DNA from: Alphaproteobacteria bacterium
GTDB lineage: Bacteria; Pseudomonadota; Alphaproteobacteria; CALKHQ01
Length of the DNA stretch: 64,000 nt
Direction: 5' to 3'
NCBI GenBank assembly: GCA_965227515.1
Contig: CBDDFZ010000002.1
Coordinates: 608,001-672,000 of the forward strand
Shown: positions 30,708-40,700 of the stretch, piece after piece
How the letters are laid out: every line of letters begins with the position of its first letter
How positions within the stretch are numbered: the stretch's first letter is position 1
Notes under the pieces: model-generated
The model's database searches: none
The model's input: only the letters and a program-made list of their open reading frames with translations
Told to the model about the DNA's origin: nothing
Translations under genes and position numbers: made by a program

Positions 30708-30890
30708 TTGTCATCCTTGGCCCGAGCCCCCAGCATTCATGCGGGGCGAGGCGCCGAGGATCCATCGTTGGGCCAGTCCCGGACGCATGCCGGCTTTGGG
30801 TGTGGCCCACCTGCCGGCGGTCTGGCGCATCGGACGCGAATGGACCCTCGACGCGTCGCGCCGATACGGCGCGCCGGTCAAGGGTGACAA
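30708..30890. repeat. palindromic intergenic repeat element, copy A
   Basis: TTGTCATCCTTGGCC...GGTCAAGGGTGACAA terminal inverted repeat; shares four sequence blocks with 59191-59328. Confidence 0.8.
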
Positions 30891-30938
30891 GAGTGTCGAG
30901 AAGGGGGGCTGAGGCAAGCTGTCCGGCTGCTGCCGACT

Positions 30939-30986
30939 CCACCAACACAAAAAGCCACCAAGACAAAAAGCCACCAAGGAAAAACA
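30939..30986. repeat. 16-bp degenerate tandem repeat x3 (CCACCAAGACAAAAAG)
   Basis: CCACCAACACAAAAAG CCACCAAGACAAAAAG CCACCAAGGAAAAACA. Confidence 0.7.
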
Positions 30987-30989
30987 AGA

Positions 30990-31015
30990 AAGAGGGGAGC
31001 CGAAGCTCCCCTCTT
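30990..31015 (-). terminator. intrinsic terminator
   Basis: AAGAGGGGAGC-CGAA-GCTCCCCTCTT hairpin with a T-rich tail on the minus strand, just after the stop at 31043. Confidence 0.8.
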
Positions 31016-31042
31016 CCTGTTAGGGCCACAGACTGGGACGGC

Positions 31043-31252
31043 TTAGAAGCAGGCGTATTCCCAGTAGGCGTTCCCGTAGGAGTCGTAGCGAACCTGCCAG
31101 TCGCAGTAGAGGTAGGCGACCTCGACGTCCTGACCCGGCAGGACGATCGAGTTGAGGACCGGGTCCATCTCCGGGAGGACGGAGGCGGACGCGGTGGTTG
31201 CGGCGGTGGCGGTCAGCGCGGCCGCCGCGAGCAGGGTAACAAGCTTGGTCAT
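31043..31252 (-). CDS. small secreted protein with aromatic, Cys-paired C-terminus (69 aa)
   Basis: GGAGA RBS; MTKLVTLLAAAALTATAATTASA signal; YCDWQVRYDSYGNAYWEYACF; followed by a terminator. Confidence 0.75.
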   Translation of the reverse strand: MTKLVTLLAAAALTATAATTASASVLPEMDPVLNSIVLPGQDVEVAYLYCDWQVRYDSYGNAYWEYACF

Positions 31253-31430
31253 GGTCATTCTCCAGTGTGTGGCCCGTTGGGCCGTTGCGGTAACCTGGAG
31301 ATAACCATGCGCATCGCTTGCGGTTGTGAACCACCGCACAGCCCGCACGCATTTCGTGAAACCTATTCCGCGCAGCCGCAAAGCGGAGGCAGCCTCAGGC
31401 TGTCGGCCTTTGCTGCGCTTGCAACGCAAA

Positions 31431-31458
31431 AAGCCCGGAGGCTATCGCCTCCGGGCTT
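31431..31458 (-). terminator. intrinsic terminator
   Basis: AAGCCCGGAGGC-TATC-GCCTCCGGGCTT hairpin with TTTTT on the minus strand. Confidence 0.82.
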
Positions 31459-31509
31459 CTGCATTCGGTATCCTTCGGCGCCGCCGAAGCGTCGCCGTCA
31501 CGCCATGCC

Positions 31510-31671
31510 TTATTCGGACGGCGCGCTCAGGCCCAGCGGCATCGGGCCGTCGTAGGAGGAGTTGCCGATCTGGTCGTCCGACGGGCCCGGAAACGCACCG
31601 GAGTCAGCGCAGCCAGCAACGGTAAGGCCCAGGGCCAACACGGCGGCGGAGAGTTTGAAGATATTCGTCAT
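31510..31671 (-). CDS. small lipoprotein, 53 aa (absent from the ORF track)
   Basis: MTNIFKLSAAVLALGLTVAGC-ADSGAFPGPSDDQIGNSSYDGPMPLGLSAPSE; GAAGGGG RBS, lipobox VAGC and a downstream terminator. Confidence 0.75.
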   Translation of the reverse strand: MTNIFKLSAAVLALGLTVAGCADSGAFPGPSDDQIGNSSYDGPMPLGLSAPSE

Positions 31672-31914
31672 TTAGTGAACCCCTTCTTCCAGCGTCCCAT
31701 TACGAACTGGTGTCGCGATCGTTGTGCGGTTTGTCGCGTCACGTGCCAGTGGCAGAGTCGCTCCGCGAATGACGGCGAATAATAAGCACCAATCCGGAAT
31801 TCCTGCAACGGCATCAAACGCCTGCGGTCATTTCTGTTGCAAATGCGGCACAGATCGCAAAGCGCCGTTGCAAAAATGCCACAGATCGCCAAATGCCCAA
31901 GAATGGTGCAGGCA

Positions 31915-32265
31915 TCAGCGCGGGCGGCGCAGGCGGCACAACGCCCGCAACAGCAGTCCGATGATGCCGAATCCAACGAACAACCCCAGCAGCACGAACC
32001 AAGCCGGCAGGCTGATGTAGGGCACCGCGGCGTCGTACCACAGGTCCGGATAGATGTAGGGCGCGATGTAGCGGTCGGTGATCGCCTCGAGCAGGTTGAG
32101 ACTGGAAACGTGTGCGTCGGCCCAGATGCGCGCCGCCGGCCACGTGATGTCGTAGCCAAGCACCAGGATGGCCACGAAGGCGACCACCGCCAGCACGGAC
32201 AGCAGCACGAACAGGTAGGCGATGATGCGCACTATCCAGACGATGACGTCGAGAACGATGCCCAT
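31915..32265 (-). CDS. hypothetical membrane protein
   Basis: 116 aa with two long hydrophobic segments and a basic C-terminus. Confidence 0.7.
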   Translation of the reverse strand: MGIVLDVIVWIVRIIAYLFVLLSVLAVVAFVAILVLGYDITWPAARIWADAHVSSLNLLEAITDRYIAPYIYPDLWYDAAVPYISLPAWFVLLGLFVGFGIIGLLLRALCRLRRPR

Positions 32266-32365
32266 GGCGTCATTCCATCCCTTTACGGAGCGGTGCGGCG
32301 GGGACCCGCCGACGCGGCCTTAACCATAACATGGCCTGGACATTATTAGCATGCCGGGCCGGCAA

Positions 32366-32680
32366 TCAGCCAAAGCCGTCGTCCTGGCCCAGCGACTGGA
32401 GCCACAGCACAGCCTCGTGAATCACGTCCTGCACGGCGGTCAGGCCCAAATCCTCCATCCACGCGTTCCACACGTCGGCCGCCTGGAACAGCCACATCGA
32501 CACCGGGTCCATCCACAGCGGCAGGTCGAACATGAAGGTGCGCAGCGGCTCTGACCCGAAGATCATGGCGACGATACTGCCGATGGCGACCAGGACCATC
32601 GCCGAGCGAAGATTGGTTTCGGGCAGGTGCGCGTAGTCAATCTGCGCGCCGGGTTGCTGCCTGGTTACGTGATTGGCCAT
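32366..32680 (-). CDS. small membrane protein in the O-acetylation operon
   Basis: 104 aa ORF starting 10 bp after the MBOAT stop; one TM segment followed by amphipathic helices. Confidence 0.65.
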   Translation of the reverse strand: MANHVTRQQPGAQIDYAHLPETNLRSAMVLVAIGSIVAMIFGSEPLRTFMFDLPLWMDPVSMWLFQAADVWNAWMEDLGLTAVQDVIHEAVLWLQSLGQDDGFG

Positions 32681-32690
32681 CGCATGCCAC

Positions 32691-34103
32691 TCAAAACTGG
32701 AAATAGATGAACGGGGCCACGCCGTCCGGCCCCATGGCGCCGATGGCGACCACGCCCAGGCCGGCAATCAGCCCCTGCACCACCACCGGCATGCGGCTGA
32801 GGCCGCGACTCACCGCCTCAGGCGCGTCGTGGCGGATGAACTGAATGCCCAGCCCCAGCACCACCAGCCCGATCACGAACGGCGTCGCCAGCCACATCGG
32901 CTCGCTGCCGGTGACCATGAACTCCAGGTACTCCCACGCATAGCCGATGCTCTCCGCACGGAAGAAGATGAAGGCCAGCACCACGAAGTGGAAGGCGTAG
33001 ACCCAGCCGGCCAACCGCCATGCGAAGGCGCGGCGGGCCAGTTGCCGGCCGCGTGTCAGCGCGTTCTCCACCGCCAGCGCCAGCCCGTGCATCAGGCCCC
33101 AGACCACGAACGTCCACGCCGCCCCGTGCCAGATGCCGCCCAGCAGCATGGTCAGCAGCAGGTTGCGGCGGGTCTTCCAGGGCCCGTGCCGGTTGCCGCC
33201 CAGCGGGATGTAAAGGTAGTCGCGCAGCCAACTCGACAGCGAGATGTGCCAGCGCCGCCAGAACTCGCGGATGCTGCTGGCGCGATAGGGCTGGTCGAAG
33301 TTCTTGTCGAACCTGTAGCCCAGCATCGCCGCGATGCCGATGGCGATGTCGCTGTAGCCGCTGAAGTCGCAATAGATCTGCACCGCGTAGCCGTAGGCGC
33401 CGATCAGCAGGTCCAGGGTGCCGAACATCGTTGGGTCGAAGAACACATGGTCGACCAGCTCGGTCGCCAGGTAGTTGGCGATGATCATCTTCTTGAACAG
33501 GCCGATCAGCACCAGCACCACGCCCCACGACATCAGGATCGCGCTCGGGTCCGGCTTGGCGGTGATCTGCGGGATCAACGTGCTGGCGCGCACGATGGGG
33601 CCGGCGACGAGCTGGGGAAAGAACGAGATGTAGAGGAACACGTCCAGCGCCGACGAACTGGCGCGGATGTCGCGACGGTAGATGTCGACGATGTAGGAGA
33701 TGCCCTGGAAGGTGAAGAACGAGATGCCCACCGGCAGGATCACCGCCATGTAGGGCAGCTCGCGCTCCAGCCCCAGGCTAAAGAACAGGTCGTTCAACGA
33801 CTCGATGAAGAAATCGAAGTACTTGAAGAAGCCGAGCGCGCCCAGGTTGACCACGATGGCGGCGGCGAGCGTCCATTTGCGGACGGCGGCGGACTGGCTG
33901 CGGTCGATGATCAGCCCGGCGAGGTAGTTGAGCAGCGACGAGCCGGCCAGCAGGAAGCAGAACCGCCAGTCCCACGCCGCATAGAAGATGTAGCTGGCGG
34001 CAACCAGCACCACCTTGCGCCAGGCAAGCTGCGCCTTCAGCGCCCAACTGGCAAAGAACACGATCACGAAGAAGATCGCGAACTCGATCGTCGGGAACAG
34101 CAC
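32691..34103 (-). CDS. MBOAT family O-acyltransferase (PatA/AlgI-like)
   Basis: LPVGISFFTFQ, FFPQLVAGPIVR, QIYCDFSGYSD, FWRRWHISLS, DYLYIPLGG, GIWHGA and terminal PFIYFQF. Confidence 0.95.
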   Translation of the reverse strand: MLFPTIEFAIFFVIVFFASWALKAQLAWRKVVLVAASYIFYAAWDWRFCFLLAGSSLLNYLAGLIIDRSQSAAVRKWTLAAAIVVNLGALGFFKYFDFFIESLNDLFFSLGLERELPYMAVILPVGISFFTFQGISYIVDIYRRDIRASSSALDVFLYISFFPQLVAGPIVRASTLIPQITAKPDPSAILMSWGVVLVLIGLFKKMIIANYLATELVDHVFFDPTMFGTLDLLIGAYGYAVQIYCDFSGYSDIAIGIAAMLGYRFDKNFDQPYRASSIREFWRRWHISLSSWLRDYLYIPLGGNRHGPWKTRRNLLLTMLLGGIWHGAAWTFVVWGLMHGLALAVENALTRGRQLARRAFAWRLAGWVYAFHFVVLAFIFFRAESIGYAWEYLEFMVTGSEPMWLATPFVIGLVVLGLGIQFIRHDAPEAVSRGLSRMPVVVQGLIAGLGVVAIGAMGPDGVAPFIYFQF

Positions 34104-34244
34104 GGTCGCGGGCCTTCAGGCGAGCGGGCAGATGGCGGTCAGGCCGCCGCGGCCGAGCGGATGGCGCGCATTGGTGCGCACCGCCCTGTCACCCAGCCTG
34201 CCGCCCCCCGACATTGGATCACCCATCCCCCCATCGCGCCCGAA

Positions 34245-35759
34245 TCAAGGGGGCGCAATCCATTCGAAATCGGGCGTGCCGCCGATGCCGCCCGGGTTGG
34301 ACGGCGCGTTCGCCGGCACCGAGGATGCGGCACCCGGGGCGGGTTGCACCGATTGTGGCGCGACTGCGGGCTGCGTCGGGGCAGGGGTGACGGTCTGTGC
34401 CGACGTCGGGTTCTGGTAAGACTGGGTGCCGCCGCCCGAGGTCAGCGCGCGATACAGCATTTCCGCGCTGCGCTCATAGCCGGCGCGGGTCAGGTGCACA
34501 TGGTCGGTGCGGGCCAGCGGCGGGTCCATGACCGCCCATTCGTGCACGCTGCACGGGCCGCCCATCGCGGTCGACCAGTCCCAGAAATAATAGCCCATCT
34601 GGGTTGCCACCTGGCGCTGCACCTGGCGCACCATCGCCAGGCTGGGCGGCTGGTGCCAGCGGCACTGTTCCGGCTGCACGTTGTCGCCGCGGAACAGCTC
34701 GCGGTAGTACAGCGCTTCGTCGGCGCTCAGCGGGCGGCAGGCGAACTCGATGCTCTCGATATCGTCGCGCCGGCACGAGCTCGGCAGGCGCGCCGCGTCG
34801 GGCGAGCCGACCACCACGATGGCGGCCCCCGGGGCCGAGGCCTGGATGGTGCGCAACTGATTGGCGAAGGCGGCGGCATAGGCGTCGGGCGACAGGCTGT
34901 CGTCGAAGCCCTCGTTGGTGCCGAACGCCACGATCACCAGGTCGGGGTCCTTGGCCCGCAGCTCGGCGGTATAGGCGCTCAGATCCCAGCGATTGAATAT
35001 CTCGATGGTGGCGCCGACGATGCCGTAGCTCTCGAAGATCACGCCCGGCGCCTTGCGGCTGACCGACCACGAGGTCAGCCAGACCTCGCCGTCGCCTTCC
35101 GGCCGCAGCACGAGCTGGCGGCTGCCCTGGCGCACGTCGAGCTGGAACGTCTCGTGGTTGATGCCGTTGCCCCGGGTCGACCAGGTGCCGACCTTCTGGT
35201 TGTCGACCCAGATGCCGATGGAGCCGCCACTGGCGTGCATGAATGCGCCGATCTCGATGTGATCAAAGCCCTGTGCCTCGGTGCTCTGCAGGATCATCGT
35301 GTCCTGGCTGTCGCTGGAGAACACCCGCGCGCCGCTCAACGAATAGGGGCCGGCGGCATCGGAATGCCGGCTGTTGGCGATGCTCCAGCCCTCGGTCTGG
35401 GCCAGGTTCACCAGGTCGGGCTCGAAAGTGGCGTAGGGCAGGCCGGCCACCATCGCGCCGGGGCCGGCGCTGCCGTAGGCGCCCTGGAACAAGGCGCGCA
35501 GCCGGCCGGTGAACCGGTCACCGGCGGTGTGGCTGTCGCCGATCTGAATGATGCGGACGTGTTGCTGTTGGCCATTACGCAGCGCCTGCAGCGCGCGGGA
35601 CAGCGGCGCCAGGTTGGCGGCCGTGGGCAGCGGCGCGGTCGAGGCCGTGGTCTGGTACGGAATCTGGCCGGGCTGGGCGCTGCTGCCGCTGCGCGCGCCG
35701 CCGCAGCCGGCCATTGCCGCGACCATCACCACCAGGGAAAGTCGGCTGATCCAGGTCAT
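34245..35759 (-). CDS. SGNH/GDSL esterase lipoprotein (Ape1-like)
   Basis: Lipobox MAGC; IGDSHTAGD, GIVGA, FGTNE and DHVH blocks. Confidence 0.85.
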   Translation of the reverse strand: MTWISRLSLVVMVAAMAGCGGARSGSSAQPGQIPYQTTASTAPLPTAANLAPLSRALQALRNGQQQHVRIIQIGDSHTAGDRFTGRLRALFQGAYGSAGPGAMVAGLPYATFEPDLVNLAQTEGWSIANSRHSDAAGPYSLSGARVFSSDSQDTMILQSTEAQGFDHIEIGAFMHASGGSIGIWVDNQKVGTWSTRGNGINHETFQLDVRQGSRQLVLRPEGDGEVWLTSWSVSRKAPGVIFESYGIVGATIEIFNRWDLSAYTAELRAKDPDLVIVAFGTNEGFDDSLSPDAYAAAFANQLRTIQASAPGAAIVVVGSPDAARLPSSCRRDDIESIEFACRPLSADEALYYRELFRGDNVQPEQCRWHQPPSLAMVRQVQRQVATQMGYYFWDWSTAMGGPCSVHEWAVMDPPLARTDHVHLTRAGYERSAEMLYRALTSGGGTQSYQNPTSAQTVTPAPTQPAVAPQSVQPAPGAASSVPANAPSNPGGIGGTPDFEWIAPP

Positions 35760-35766
35760 CGCTGCC

Positions 35767-36567
35767 TCACCCATCGCCGAGCGCCAGATTGAAGAACGAC
35801 AATTTGTCGGCCATCGTCCGCAGCAGCTCGCGCGCCAGCATGCTGTAGCCGCGGGCGGTGAAATGCACCCCGTCGTTGGCGCGCATCAGACGGTTGCGCC
35901 CGCTCTCGTCGACCAGATAGGCGGAATAGCCGCCATCGGGCCCGGTGGTCAGTTCCAACGTCGGCACGAACGTGGCGCCGCCGACGATGGACTGGGCCTC
36001 GTAGATGGTGTTCAGGTGGGCCATGTCGTCGGCCATGCTGGAACTGCGCACCGTCGGCAGGCCGACCCAGAAGGTCGGGATGCCGGCATCGCGCAGCACG
36101 CGCTGGAACTCGGCGACGCGGTCCTCGTAGACGGCGTTCCATTCCGGCGAGCCGAAGCTGAACTGGCGCTTGCCTTCGAAATAGACCGGCTGCGGGTCGT
36201 TCAGGCCGAAGCAGACCACCGCCACGTCGATCTCGCCGCCGGCGATGATCTCCCTGACCCGGGCCTCCCAGTCATAGAAGTCCGGCCGCGACAGCCCGGA
36301 GGAGACCTCGGTCCGGCGCAACACCTCGAACCGGTCGTCGCCTTGCAGCTCCCGGTAGAGGCCGGCCCAGATGCCGTCCGCCAGCGAGTCGCCCATGACG
36401 GCCACCCGGATACGCGCATCGGGCTCGCCGATCGCCACCGGGGCGCCGCCGTCCTGTCCCCAACCCGTTGCGCTGAAATTACATGCCAGAGCGGCGGTCA
36501 CCGCCGCTCGGCCAAGCCACCGGACCGCAAGCCGTCGTGCCGTGCGGTTCCCCTGTCGGTCTGGCAC
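35767..36567 (-). CDS. SGNH family protein, DUF459/PatB-like
   Basis: AGGAGG RBS before a GTG start; MGDSLADG, SSGLSRPDFYDW, FGLND, WVGLP and DGVHFT. Confidence 0.85.
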   Translation of the reverse strand: MPDRQGNRTARRLAVRWLGRAAVTAALACNFSATGWGQDGGAPVAIGEPDARIRVAVMGDSLADGIWAGLYRELQGDDRFEVLRRTEVSSGLSRPDFYDWEARVREIIAGGEIDVAVVCFGLNDPQPVYFEGKRQFSFGSPEWNAVYEDRVAEFQRVLRDAGIPTFWVGLPTVRSSSMADDMAHLNTIYEAQSIVGGATFVPTLELTTGPDGGYSAYLVDESGRNRLMRANDGVHFTARGYSMLARELLRTMADKLSFFNLALGDG

Positions 36568-36962
36568 TCTCATCCTCCTGGTGCGACGAGTCCAACCCTG
36601 CCCCGAGTCCAACTTGTCCGCAGGCATTTGCCGGCATGGGGCCGCAGCCGTCAAGACGGCTGACCGGAATTCTACCGGTCTGTCATGATGGCCCACATGG
36701 GCCGGGTGCCGCTGTCCCTGGACGACGCCCTGCCGGGTCGTGCCGTCCCCGGGTCCCTCCGCTGGGTCCCTTCCGCCGGGTTCCTTCCGCTGGCGCCGCG
36801 CCGCACACGGCCGCTGCGGGTCCGGCATTGCCTGGTCGCTTTGGCCGCCACCTTCGGCGCGCCTGCGGGCCCATGCCGGACAGGTGCATGTGCCACAGAC
36901 CGGGCGCGATGGCAACGCGCACGACGTGCGGCTGGCGCGTTGCCCGCTTGAGACCAAGGCCA

Positions 36963-37018
36963 GGCCAAGCACGCATGGCCAAGCATACATGGCCAAGCAC
37001 ACATGGCCGGGCACACGT
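36963..37018. repeat. 14-bp tandem repeat x4 (GGCCAAGCACACAT)
   Basis: GGCCAAGCACGCAT GGCCAAGCATACAT GGCCAAGCACACAT GGCCGGGCACACGT. Confidence 0.85.
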
Positions 37019-37116
37019 GTGGACGCCGGCCGGCGGCGTTGCTATTTAGGGTTCGTGAACAGGCCCTGGCTAGGTTGCCTGCTCAGACCCTTGGGCGACG
37101 TGCGCACGCCCAATCC

Positions 37117-37206
37117 GGAGGGGTGGCCGAGTGGCTGAAGGCGCACGCTTGGAAAGCGTGTTTACGGGTGACCGTAACGCGGGTTCGAATCCCGCTCCCT
37201 CCGCCA
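37117..37206 (+). tRNA. tRNA-Ser (anticodon GGA)
   Basis: 90 nt; GGAGGGG/TCCCTCC acceptor stem, CACGC-TTGGAAA-GCGTG anticodon arm, long variable arm, GGTTCGAATCC T-loop and encoded CCA. Confidence 0.97.
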
Positions 37207-37723
37207 ACCGCCTTCGCTTCGCTGCGGCGCGATTGGCTTGCCGATCATGACGTCGCATTAGAGAAGCGGATGCCGCGCCGAATTCCGCCAGAACCTCATG
37301 CGCCGCGGCTCAGCGCATCCTCAGCGGTACATTTGGTCACGCCCGCCCAGCGTCTCAGACCATACACATGCCGTACCGCCACTGCCGATGCAGGCTGCCG
37401 CGCAGATGAGATTTGCCCGGGCGGCCATCCGGTTGCGTCCAGGGCACAGCACCACGCCCAACAGGACCTGATTGCCAAGCGTTGCAAGGATGGCGGCGGC
37501 GCATACAATGTTATGACAATTTTAACGCTCATTCGAGCCAATAGCCGGATATCTTGGCATGGCGAGATTACGTTGAACGGCACATCGGCGCTGGCATGAA
37601 AGCCGCGCGGGAACGGCGCCGTCGGCCATGCCGGAGCAAATGTCCGCAATTTGCCTAAAGTTTGATACGATGCGGTTGCTGGGACGTTTGCAGGAACGCG
37701 AAACGGGCAAGGAATCAGGTTAG

Positions 37724-40700
37724 ATGGCGATGGGTTCATCCGGCTTGGCGTGGGACCTCCGCGCCGATGGCATCTTCACGAACAACGACACGCCTTCTTG
37801 GCTGGACGCACCACGCAGCGAGGCGTCGGGGCACGCCGGTGCGCGTGACCGGCACGATGCTGGCGCGTTCAACGCCGCCGACCCGGTTGTCCATGACAGA
37901 GACGGCATTCAGCACGCAGCCGGCGCCGCCATGCCGGATCAGCGCGGCGGCGCGCACGGCAAGCCGGGCGGCATCGACCTGACCGCCGATGACCTTTTCG
38001 GGGACGAAATTGCAGCGCAAGCTGCCACCTCGATCCCGACCGCCCAACCGGCAGGCCCCGGCGCTGACGGCGCGGTCGACCTGACCAAGATCGACCTGAC
38101 GATGCTGGCGCCGACCGACGAGCAGTATTTCGACCTGCAATGGCATCTGGCCTCGCCCGGCGGCTACAACATCAACGTCGTCGACGTGTGGGACGACTAC
38201 ACCGGCGCCGGGGTGAAGGTGGCGGTGCTGGACCAGGGCATCGACGCCAGCCACGTCGACCTGAACGACAATTACGACTTCGCGGCCCAGTATAGTTCGG
38301 TCAACGGCTCAGCCGTCGGCACCCCGCAGACCAGCAACGACAATCACGGCACCGCGGTCGGCGGCGTCATCGGCGCCGAGGTGAATGGCGAGGGTGTGGT
38401 CGGCATCGCCTACGAGGCCGATCTGGTCAGCATCTATTCGCCGCTGAGCGGCACGGTCGGCCAGTTGATGTCGCAGGCCACCAACGCGTTCAACTACTAC
38501 GACAACTACGACATCCTGAACAACAGCTGGGGCTTCGGCAACTACTTCTACTATGGCACCAGCTACGCCTTCGTGGACAACTTCGACGTCTACACGGCGC
38601 CGGGCAATGCCCTGGCCAATGCCATCGCCAACGGGCGCGACGGCCTGGGCGCCATCGTCACCTTCGCCGCCGGCAACACTGGGCTGTACGGCGACGACGT
38701 CAACCTGCACAGCTTCCAGAACAGCCGCTTCACCATCGCCGCCGGCGCCACCCAGGAGAACGGCGAGATCGCGTCGTTCAGCACGCCGGGTGCGGCCGTG
38801 CTGGTGTCGGCGCCGGGCGTCAGCATCGCCACCACCGACCGCAGCGGGTCGGCGGGCTATGTGTCGTCCGACTACGTCTACATCAGCGGCACGTCGTTCT
38901 CATCGCCGGCCACCGCCGGTGTGGTCGCGCTGATGCTGGAGGCCAATCCAGGGCTCGGCTGGCGCGACGTGCAGGAGATCCTGGCCTACTCGTCGCGGGT
39001 CAGCGACGACAGCGACCCGACCTGGCGGACCAACGGCGCGAACGACTGGAATGGCGGCGGGCTGCATGTCAGCGACTTCTTCGGCTACGGCCTGATCGAC
39101 GCGGAGGCCGCCGTTCGGCTGGCCGAAAGCTGGGCCAAGACCAACACTTTGGCCAACGAGGTCAGCCTGTCCGGCACCAGCGCCCCCAGCCTGGCGATCC
39201 CGGACACCGGCCCGAATTCCTCGTCGCCCACCGCGGCGCCGACCGATCGCACGTTCCATGCCGCCAACGCGGTCTCGGACACGATCACGATCACCGAGGA
39301 CATCCGGGTCAACCATGTCGAGGTCGACCTTAACATCAGCCATACCCGCATCGGCGACCTGATGGTGCGGCTGGTCTCGCCGGACGGCACCGAGAGCCTG
39401 CTGCTCAGCCAGGCTGGCAAGGGTTCGCTCGGCGGCTTCGGCTCCACCCAGTCGGGCGTGAATTTCACCTTCACCTCGGTGTTTCACTGGGGCGAAAGCT
39501 CGGTGGGCGACTGGCGGCTGGAAGTGGCCGACCTGAACTCCTATGGCAGCGCCAGCGGCACCCTGGTGGACTGGACGCTGGTGCTCTATGGCGAGCCGGC
39601 CAGCGCCGACCAGACGCTGATCATGACCGATGAGTTCGCGGCGATGCTGGCCGCCGACCCGTCGCGCGGCACCTGGGAGCTGCAGGAGGGTCAGCACACC
39701 CTGAACCTGGCCGCGGTGACCACCGACGTTAGCCTGAACCTGAACCTCGGCGCGGATAACGTGCTGGACACCGCCAATGCCGCGGCGACGACATTCACAT
39801 TCGTTGCCGAGGCCGGCGTGGCGCTTGCCGGGCCTCCAGGCATTGCCAGCGCCAAGGGCGGCAAGGGTTCCGACGTCATCGTCGGCAACGATCTAGACAA
39901 TACGTTCGACGGCGGCAACGGCGCCGACACGATCAGCGGCGGCAACGGCAACGACGTCATCGGCGGCGGCAATGGCGCGGACGTGCTCAACGGCGACGAC
40001 GGCGACGATACGTTGTCCGGTAACAACGGCCCCGACACGTTGAACGGCGGCGACGGCGTCGACACGCTGATCGGCGGCAATGGCGACGATTGGCTGGACG
40101 GCGGTCTGGATGGCGACTGGCTGGCTGGCGGCCTGGGCGACGACACCTATTTTGTCGACGACAGCGGCGACAGCATCACTGAGTTCTTCGGTGAGGGCAG
40201 TGACTCGGTATTCACGACCGTGTCGTTTGCGCTGCGCGATCACAGCCAGTTTCTGGAAAAGCTAACCCTGACCGGCAGCGACGACATCGATGGCACCGGC
40301 AACGGGCGCGTCAACACCATCACCGGCAACGACGGCGACAACATCCTGAACGGTGCCTGGCACAATGACACGCTCATCGGCGGTGCCGGCAATGACACGT
40401 TCCTGGATGATCAGGGCAGCGATCGTTTCATTGGCGGCCTGGGTGACGACGTCTATTTCGTCGACGACGCTGGCGACCGGATCGTGGAGTACGAGGGCGA
40501 AGGGATCGAGCTGGTGAACGCGTCGGTATCGTTTGCGCTGCGCGATCACAGCCAGTTCTTGGAAAAGTTGACCCTGACCGGCAGCGACGACATCGATGGA
40601 ACCGGCAACGGGCGCGTCAACACCATCACCGGCAACGACGGCGACAACATTCTGAACGGTGCCTGGCACAATGACACGCTCATCGGCGGTGCGGGCAATG

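Noticed and set aside
32673-35792. 1039 aa plus-strand ORF
   Set aside because: Antisense to the MBOAT and SGNH genes, which have clear motifs.
37003-37599. 198 aa ORF across the tRNA
   Set aside because: Overlaps tRNA-Ser and has no protein-like features.
37592-37607. Possible sigma54 promoter upstream of the S8 gene (TGGCATGAAAGCCGCG)
   Set aside because: Has GG-N10-GC spacing but lacks the TTGC element; too weak in high-GC DNA.
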